A DNA stretch of 64,000 nt from Candidatus Levyibacteriota bacterium. Lineage in GTDB: Bacteria; Patescibacteriota; Microgenomatia; Levybacterales; UBA12049. The stretch lies in the NCBI GenBank assembly GCA_052034235.1, contig JBPOIT010000009.1, forward strand, positions 8,203 through 72,202, written 5' to 3'. The notes beneath the pieces are model-generated. The model saw only the letters and a program-made list of their open reading frames with translations, did no database searches and was not told the DNA's origin. Shown here one piece after another: positions 57,711 to 64,000 of this stretch. A program made the position numbers and the translations under genes. Positions within the stretch are counted from its first letter, which is position 1. Each line of letters starts with the position of its first letter.

Positions 57711-58283
57711 CTATTTTCCTAAATATTTAAGCGCCAACATTACTTTTGCCTCAACAGTCTCCCCTTTTCCGTTAAGTGCTCTGATTGCATCCTGCACTTC
57801 ACCCGTTGAATAACCAAAGGCCTTTAATGCTGATTGAAGCTCTCCTTGTTCTGCTCCAGCATCAGAAAGATCAATATCTCCACCTGCTCCTAATTTGTTT
57901 TTAAGTTCAATAATGATTTTTTGTCCATTCTTTTTCCCAAGTCTTGGAACAGACGTGAAAAACGACACATCACCATCTCTAATAGCCTGTATAATCTCGT
58001 TTCGAGAACCAACTGCAAAAATACCAGTAGCAGTCCTACACCCAACACCGGAGACACTAATCAGATATTCAAAGAGTTTTAAATCTTGTGGTTCAGTAAA
58101 GCCATACAGTTCAAGCAAATCTTCCCGCACATGTGTATGGGTAAATACCTTTATTTCATCACCAATATTAATACGAGCCAAAACAGCTGTGGGGACTACT
58201 ACTTTATAACCGACTCCGTGGACATCGATAATGAGGAATGGATCTTCCCGGTATTCTATAATTCCTTTTAGCGTTCCTATCAT
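57711..58283 (-). CDS. ruvA: Holliday junction binding protein RuvA
   Basis: MIGTLKG...DVHGVGY...HVRED...LYGF...LISVSGVG...IIIELK. True start is ATG 58283; the track's extension to 58415 overlaps the upstream gene. Confidence 0.96.
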   Translation of the reverse strand: MIGTLKGIIEYREDPFLIIDVHGVGYKVVVPTAVLARINIGDEIKVFTHTHVREDLLELYGFTEPQDLKLFEYLISVSGVGCRTATGIFAVGSRNEIIQAIRDGDVSFFTSVPRLGKKNGQKIIIELKNKLGAGGDIDLSDAGAEQGELQSALKAFGYSTGEVQDAIRALNGKGETVEAKVMLALKYLGK

Positions 58284-58324
58284 AAGGCAGTGAATTACTG
58301 AGATTATAACACACAAACTTGAGG

Positions 58325-58918
58325 TTACCAGAGATAAGGAATAAACCGTTTTGTCTGCTTCATATATTGCGCGTATTGCTTTCCAAAATGCTTCAGTAAC
58401 AAATCTTCTTCCCACGATGCCTGCATATTCACGGCTACAAGACCAAGCACATAGACATAGACTAAATAACTCTGCACTATCAATTCACTTCCGAGGAAAA
58501 AAAGCGCTATGCCAGCATACAGAGGGTGACGAATATACTTATAAATACCATGCACAACCAGTTCTTGTTTCTGTTTCACCTGATATTCATAGCAGTTAGC
58601 CCAATTGGTACCCAAGTTATGCCTTCCAACAATTGCGACACCTAAACCGATAAGGACAAACATAAAACCTAACACCTGCATGAATGGATTGGGATTAGGC
58701 ATAGCAAAGAGAGAGATGCCTAACAATTGAACACCCACAACTCCAAAGGCAAACATCGTAAAAAGCATACTAAAAGTTCCTTTACTAAAAAGCTTCGTGC
58801 TTTTCTTTTCTTTCGGCTTTACGTGTTCAGTTTTCTGTTCTGAAAGATACCAATACAACCTCCACAGGCCAAGAAGGCAAAAGGAAATCCAGCCAAGTAG
58901 TGTACCAAGATCATTCAT
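58325..58918 (-). CDS. Isoprenylcysteine carboxyl methyltransferase (ICMT/PEMT) family membrane protein
   Basis: LVVHGIYKYIRHPLY...EEDLL..HFG..YAQY...TKRFIP, with several TM helices. Confidence 0.9.
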   Translation of the reverse strand: MNDLGTLLGWISFCLLGLWRLYWYLSEQKTEHVKPKEKKSTKLFSKGTFSMLFTMFAFGVVGVQLLGISLFAMPNPNPFMQVLGFMFVLIGLGVAIVGRHNLGTNWANCYEYQVKQKQELVVHGIYKYIRHPLYAGIALFFLGSELIVQSYLVYVYVLGLVAVNMQASWEEDLLLKHFGKQYAQYMKQTKRFIPYLW

Positions 58919-58921
58919 AGG

Positions 58922-59407
58922 CTATTTCTGCATTTTAATTCTATATGAAAAGGCATGTGTTAAAGCTATCGCCAATGCGTCCGCAGTATCGTCAGGTTTG
59001 GGAATTGTTGTTAAATGTAAAAGACTTTTGACCATTTGGCCAACTTGAGCTTTCTCAGCGCGACCATAACCGGTGACTGCCATTTTCACTTCAAGTGGTG
59101 TATAGACGGTGATAGGAACATTATGCTGCTGAGCCGCAAGAAGCATAACTCCTCTTGCTTGTCCGACAACCATAGCTGTTTTGACATTGGTGTTAAAAAA
59201 CAGCTCTTCTATCGCAAGCGCATCAGGTTTTTGTTCCTTAATGAGTTTACAGATATCTTCATACAGTAATTCTAGCCTTTCTCCAATTGTGTGAGTTTGA
59301 AATGTTTCAATACAACCAAATTGTAAAACGCTAAATTTTCCTCCTGTAGCCTCAATAATCCCCCACCCTGTTCTCCCAATACCTGGATCAATACCTAAGA
59401 TAATCAT
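58922..59407 (-). CDS. ruvC: Holliday junction resolvase RuvC
   Basis: ILGIDPG, AIEELFF, GQARGV, TGYGRAEKAQV and DDTADALAIA. Confidence 0.97.
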   Translation of the reverse strand: MIILGIDPGIGRTGWGIIEATGGKFSVLQFGCIETFQTHTIGERLELLYEDICKLIKEQKPDALAIEELFFNTNVKTAMVVGQARGVMLLAAQQHNVPITVYTPLEVKMAVTGYGRAEKAQVGQMVKSLLHLTTIPKPDDTADALAIALTHAFSYRIKMQK

Positions 59408-59451
59408 AATGCATTTTTATTATACACCTCAGCAAAATAGAACCCATAGTA

Positions 59452-59480
59452 TTGACATTATGATCCAATCCTTGTATAAT
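59452..59480 (+). promoter_or_regulatory. Consensus sigma70 promoter of rplY
   Basis: TTGACA (59452-59457), 17 nt, TATAAT (59475-59480). Confidence 0.85.
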
Positions 59481-59512
59481 CTTTAACAGTAGGATACAAT
59501 ATCCTAGTAATT

Positions 59513-60202
59513 ATGAAACATCCAGTTCTTAAAGCTGAACCGCGAACAATCCTTGGTAAAAAGGTAAAGAAACTTCGACGTGAGGGACTTTTGCCTACCA
59601 ATGTGTATGGAAAAGGACTTTCTTCAGTTGCGCTGCAAGTCAGCATGGATGATTTCAAAGCTATCCATAAGCAAGTTGGAGATACAGGCATTATCGATTT
59701 ACAATTTGATGGTAAAGCAAAACCTGTGCTTATCAAAAATCTTCAAATGAATTTTGAAACACGCACTCCTCTACATGCAGATTTCTATCAAGTAAATTTG
59801 AAAGAAAAGATTAAAGCTGTTGTTCCAATTATACTTACCGGTGAAGCACAAGCTGTTACTGATAAAGCCGGCATGCTTCTCCAAACACTTAACGATGTTG
59901 AAGTTGAAGCACTTCCTGAAGCACTTCCTGAAAATATTGAAGTTTCAGTGGAACACTTGGCTGTTGTTGGTGATAGTTTCACTATTGCTGACTTGAAAGC
60001 ACCTGAGGGTGTTACAATTCTAAGTGAAGAAGGCCAAACCATTGCAAAGATAGTAGAACTTGTTGCTCCAGAACCTGAGCCTGAAGAAGAAGCAGAAGGT
60101 GGCGAAGGTGCAACAGAAGGCGAAGCTACTGAAGAGACTGCTGCTGAAGCTACTGACGAGGCTGGTACAGAAAAACCGGCTGATGAAGAAGCAAACGCTT
60201 AA
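59513..60202 (+). CDS. rplY: 50S ribosomal protein L25 (Ctc/TL5 long form)
   Basis: GKKVKKLRREGLLPTNVYG...HADFYQV...LPENIEV, with an acidic C-terminal tail. Confidence 0.95.
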   Translation: MKHPVLKAEPRTILGKKVKKLRREGLLPTNVYGKGLSSVALQVSMDDFKAIHKQVGDTGIIDLQFDGKAKPVLIKNLQMNFETRTPLHADFYQVNLKEKIKAVVPIILTGEAQAVTDKAGMLLQTLNDVEVEALPEALPENIEVSVEHLAVVGDSFTIADLKAPEGVTILSEEGQTIAKIVELVAPEPEPEEEAEGGEGATEGEATEETAAEATDEAGTEKPADEEANA

Positions 60203-60204
60203 TT

Positions 60205-60600
60205 TTAAAGTTTTATTTTCTCCCCGAGAACTCTTCCCGCATCAAAATTTGGATCAACTTCTAAAGCTTTTTGGATGTATTTTTTAGCCTCAGCTATATT
60301 CCCTTGACTATATTCCAAAACTGCAATTTTATAATAAACATCTCTATATCCCGTATATTGATCTGCTATTTTTTTCCAATGAGCTATTTCACTTGTAATA
60401 CCTTTCCTATTGTCCTGCACGAGTTTTGCCTGAGCTGCATTGATAGGAAGAGACACTAACTCACGAACGATTTGCATGACTAACATCGCAGAGACCATAC
60501 TTATTAAAAGAAGCTTTAAGATAAACATTGTTCTGATCGAAACAACGTCTTCGGTAATAAATCGGGGAATCCTCGGGAAATCGGGCAGTTTCTTTTTCAT
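60205..60600 (-). CDS. Small membrane-anchored TPR protein
   Basis: One TM helix, then YRDVYYKIAVLEY..GNIAEAKKYIQKALEVDPN. Start overlaps the valS stop (ATGA). Confidence 0.75.
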   Translation of the reverse strand: MKKKLPDFPRIPRFITEDVVSIRTMFILKLLLISMVSAMLVMQIVRELVSLPINAAQAKLVQDNRKGITSEIAHWKKIADQYTGYRDVYYKIAVLEYSQGNIAEAKKYIQKALEVDPNFDAGRVLGEKIKL

Positions 60601-62759
60601 CTCGCAACTGGATATGACTCTATCATAATTGACTCGCCGTGTCCAGGCAATTGCTGATAGATAGCCTCAGTTACAAAAGGCATAAATGGATGTAAAAGCC
60701 TTAGCTGGATTTGGAATAATGAACTCAGAACGCTAAATGAATTGGCATCTACCCTATTTTTTACATCCTCAATATATTTATCTGCAAATTCGTGCCAAAT
60801 AAACTGATATAGCCCTTGCGCAGCTTCGTGCAGATAAAATCTATCGATGTTCTTTGCAGTTTCTTTGGTCAGATTTTCAACCTTTTCTATCCATTCCATG
60901 TCTGTCTCATGAACAGCTATTTTCTTTAACTCATCAAACGATGTTTCTGGTTTATCTGAGAATGATTCTGGTCTATTCATTTCAATAAACCTTCCCATGT
61001 TCCATAACTTATTGGCAAAGAACTTCATACCTCTCACCTTCTCCTCAGCCATAGGAATATCATTTCCAGCCGCGGTTGAGAAAATAAGTGCAATTCTTAA
61101 TGCATCTGTACCATAAAGATCTGACCAATCAAGAGGATTAACGACATTCCCTTTAGATTTACTCATCTTCTGCTTTTGTGCATCTCTGACAAGACCATGA
61201 AGCAGTACATTACGGAACGGGATTTGACCTCTCAGATAGGTACTCATTAAAATCATCCTCGCAACCCAGAAAAACAAAATGTCATAACCTGTCTCAAGAA
61301 CTGCTGTCGGATGGAAGTTTTTAAGATCTTCAGTTTTTTGCGGCCAACCAAGCGTTGAGAATGTCCACAAACCACTTGAAAACCACGTATCAAGCGTATC
61401 AGAATCCTGCTCCCAACCTTCTCCACTTGGAGCTTCAATGCCACAATACAGTTCCTCGCCCTTATACCACACAGGAATTCTATGTCCGTACCAAATCTGA
61501 CGAGAGATACACCAATCCCTAAGGTTATCAATCCAATGATAATACGTTTTTATAAAATGCGACGGTGTAATACCAATTTGACCACTGGAGACGCTCTGTT
61601 TCATGAGTTTCTTCAGTGTAACTTTTGAACCAGAGGGAATTCCTTCAATTTCAGAATGCTTAAGGACAAATTCCTTATTAACATCAACCATCCATTGCTT
61701 TTTGATTTGAGGTTCGATGATCCCGCCGCCACGATAGTTTGTTGCAACTCTATTTGCATACTGCTCATCAATCTTCACAAGCAGACCTTTCTCTTTAAGT
61801 TTTTCTACTAAGACGGGACGCGCTTTCTTTATATGCATTCCCGCAAACTCACCTGCAATTGGTAGTAACAGACCCTTAAAGTCGATGATTTGTTCGATAT
61901 CCAGATTATGACGTTTGGCGATTTCATAGTCAGTTTTATCATGCCAAGGTGTAATCGTCATTACACCCGTTCCGAAATTCATATCAACTGCTTCATCTTT
62001 AATAACTGTTGCTGTAACTTTCCCATTTATCCATTCAGCCTCAAACTGTTCTCCGTGCTTATATTTAGCATACCGCTTGTCTTTCGGATGCATCACAACG
62101 TACTTATCACCAAATTTGGTCTCAGGACGAACAGTACCGATGGTAAACGGTCCGTATGTAAAGTGATAAAAAGGAACAGCCTGATCTTTCCATTCGATTT
62201 CATCATCTGAAACGGTTGTCTGAAGAAATGGATCCCAGTTAACGACTGTTTCACCTCTATAAATAATGCCATCATCATACATTTGCTTAAATGCAGTCCG
62301 AACAGCCAAGTTTCGATCTTCATCCAATGTATAGGCCTCCCGTGTCCAATCAACAGATGCTCCCATACGTTTTATCTGATGCACAATCGTATCATGGCTG
62401 TCTTGTGCAAAATCCTCCACTTTTTTTAAAAATGCTTCTCGGCCCAAATCATGTCTTGTTTTCCCCTCTTCTTTATAAAGAATACTCTCAACCTTTGATT
62501 GCGTCGCTATCGCAGCATGATCGGTACCAGGAATCCATACTGTTTTAAAACCTTTCATACGATGGTATCTGACAAGGATATCTTGAATAACAAGCATCAA
62601 AGCATGACCGTTATGAAGTGTACCAGTCACATTTGGTGGAGGAAGAACGATGGCATAAGGCTTACCGTTGGGGTTTACTTCCGGCTTAAAATAGCCTTTT
62701 TGCTCCCAAGTGTTATACAAATCGCTTTCAATATCTTTATGGTTGTATGCTTTGTCCAT
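60597..62759 (-). CDS. valS: Valine--tRNA ligase (short form)
   Basis: PPPNVTGTLHNGH, PGTDHAAIATQ, DWCISRQIWYGHRIP, DTWFSS, ETGYDILFFWV and KMSKSKGN. Confidence 0.97.
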   Translation of the reverse strand: MDKAYNHKDIESDLYNTWEQKGYFKPEVNPNGKPYAIVLPPPNVTGTLHNGHALMLVIQDILVRYHRMKGFKTVWIPGTDHAAIATQSKVESILYKEEGKTRHDLGREAFLKKVEDFAQDSHDTIVHQIKRMGASVDWTREAYTLDEDRNLAVRTAFKQMYDDGIIYRGETVVNWDPFLQTTVSDDEIEWKDQAVPFYHFTYGPFTIGTVRPETKFGDKYVVMHPKDKRYAKYKHGEQFEAEWINGKVTATVIKDEAVDMNFGTGVMTITPWHDKTDYEIAKRHNLDIEQIIDFKGLLLPIAGEFAGMHIKKARPVLVEKLKEKGLLVKIDEQYANRVATNYRGGGIIEPQIKKQWMVDVNKEFVLKHSEIEGIPSGSKVTLKKLMKQSVSSGQIGITPSHFIKTYYHWIDNLRDWCISRQIWYGHRIPVWYKGEELYCGIEAPSGEGWEQDSDTLDTWFSSGLWTFSTLGWPQKTEDLKNFHPTAVLETGYDILFFWVARMILMSTYLRGQIPFRNVLLHGLVRDAQKQKMSKSKGNVVNPLDWSDLYGTDALRIALIFSTAAGNDIPMAEEKVRGMKFFANKLWNMGRFIEMNRPESFSDKPETSFDELKKIAVHETDMEWIEKVENLTKETAKNIDRFYLHEAAQGLYQFIWHEFADKYIEDVKNRVDANSFSVLSSLFQIQLRLLHPFMPFVTEAIYQQLPGHGESIMIESYPVAR

Positions 62760-62766
62760 GAGGCTA

Positions 62767-62775
62767 ATTTTAGCA
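62767..62775 (-). promoter_or_regulatory. Extended -10 promoter, leaderless valS
   Basis: Minus strand reads TGcTAAAAT-tagcctc-ATG. Confidence 0.55.
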
Positions 62776-62782
62776 CAGAGGG

Positions 62783-64000
62783 TTACTCTTTGGCTATGGA
62801 GAGTTTATAACCGCGAGTTCGAACTGTAACAATTTCGTAGGGACTGTTTTGCTGACGAAGTTTTACTCGTACACGTGCAACTAGTCTATCAATTGCCCAG
62901 TCTGATACGCCAAACTCCTGATACTCTGGCCACACGACTTCAATAATTTTCTCTCTTTCACAGATTTCCCCTATTTGAGACTCGAGCAAACTAAAAAGCA
63001 GATGTTCCTTACGAGTCAAATCAACAAGCTGTGATTTTTTATCGTTTTTTTCCTTTCCAATTAAATAATGCTCAAGAAGCGGGCTAAAGATTTTTAACCC
63101 ATCTTTCGTATCTGTTATGAAACCTGCATCCCATAAATAAAGAGCTTTTGCTTTTTCATTAGCTTGTATTTGTTGCCCTTTTGCGGCAGGAAGCACGACT
63201 TGCTTCTCCTCTTTTGTCAAACTCTCCCATAATTCTTCTGATTCGAGTGTTATTCGCTCATCGGTAAGGAGCATTTCGAGTAATTCTTCCTCCGTCGTAA
63301 TCTTTTGTGACTTTTTCTCATTCATTACGATAAGTGCTAATTGCAGATATTGGACGTTACCATTGACGAGCCGGAAGAGTGACTTCTCAATTGTTGGGGA
63401 TAATTGGAAATTGTAACGTTTTTCATAAGACTCATAAATAATTGCCATATCGCTTTCTTTTGCAGGTCTGATTGGCATAACCTGAGCAAAAACTGGCAAA
63501 CGGTTTTTTATCTGAGGGAACATAACATCAAGACTTCTAAAGCTGGTAAACACATAACTTGCACGTTCATGCGTTGCATCCCGAAGCCCTTCCAGGTTAT
63601 CAAAAAACGATGTTGTGATAACATCTTTCAATCTATCAAAGCGTATAAAAAAGAGTGTTGGATAAATATCTCCTGCTGCGATCCAAGAGAGTGAATGCCG
63701 AATACTATCTATAACCAAGAATAAATCATGAGATTGAATGCTCGTTAGAAACAGCGTATTTATTTTCTTTTTTGTTTCATCAGGTAAATCAGTTGTTTCT
63801 ACAGCATCAACGATTCTTTTCAGAACAAGAGTCCAGAAAGGATAAATCTCACGCTCTACCAAATCATTAAGATCAACGGCAATAAAAAGATGTTTTTCGT
63901 CATTGCTAATATATGTTTTAACTATTTCTTGGTGATAGAGGAAAAAACGAAGGAAATTGCCTATACCGACACGTTTCATGCCAACAAGATTGACACTTTG
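62783..64000 (-). CDS. AAA/STAND-like ATPase domain fused to an OmpR-type winged helix, 5'-partial
   Basis: Frame is open to the window edge (QSVNLVGMKRVGIGNF). C-terminal LTRKEHLLF...ICEREKIIEVVW...IDRLVARVRVKL...IVTVRTRGY is a trans_reg_C motif. Confidence 0.85.
   Translation of the reverse strand, partial: QSVNLVGMKRVGIGNFLRFFLYHQEIVKTYISNDEKHLFIAVDLNDLVEREIYPFWTLVLKRIVDAVETTDLPDETKKKINTLFLTSIQSHDLFLVIDSIRHSLSWIAAGDIYPTLFFIRFDRLKDVITTSFFDNLEGLRDATHERASYVFTSFRSLDVMFPQIKNRLPVFAQVMPIRPAKESDMAIIYESYEKRYNFQLSPTIEKSLFRLVNGNVQYLQLALIVMNEKKSQKITTEEELLEMLLTDERITLESEELWESLTKEEKQVVLPAAKGQQIQANEKAKALYLWDAGFITDTKDGLKIFSPLLEHYLIGKEKNDKKSQLVDLTRKEHLLFSLLESQIGEICEREKIIEVVWPEYQEFGVSDWAIDRLVARVRVKLRQQNSPYEIVTVRTRGYKLSIAKE

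Noticed and set aside
58325-58918. ICMT-family gene between ruvC and ruvA as a functional partner of RuvABC
   Set aside because: No mechanistic link is evident, and ruvA has its own TGtTATAAT element upstream. Probably an incidental insertion.

Overview
Bacterial chromosomal DNA, most likely from a Patescibacteria/CPR (Microgenomates-like) genome. This is inferred from the gene inventory, short valS, HKFG serine hydrolases and apparently leaderless promoters. About 62% of the window is one uninterrupted ORF, open from base 3 to 39941 (at least 13,312 aa; the N-terminus lies outside the window). It encodes a Thr/Gly/Ala/Asn-rich fibre-like protein with 25 mosaic ~350-375 aa modules, each marked by a C-x9-C...LQxAY motif and interleaved with phage tail-fibre-like motifs. 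It ends in an FN3-like domain, two tandem D-x-A-E autocleavage/chaperone-like (peptidase G2-like) domains, a coiled coil and a DUF2190/cement-like terminal domain. Next comes an AT-richer surface-gene block: two tandem class A beta-lactamase-like serine hydrolases bracketed by ~160-bp structured direct repeats, a PKD/DNRLRE protein, an MG2-like/propeller secreted protein, a membrane HExxH protease, a Pro/Thr-tailed membrane protein and an O-antigen-ligase/TPR protein. After that are a DDE-less IS1595-derived gene with an intact promoter, a 43-aa ORF missing from the track, and a comM pseudogene (frameshift plus deletion). The right end is mostly housekeeping: P-type ATPase, ruvC-ICMT-ruvA-ruvB, rplY, a TPR protein, valS and a degenerate AAA/winged-helix protein. 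No rRNA, tRNA or CRISPR array was seen. All family assignments come from motif recognition by eye; no searches were run.
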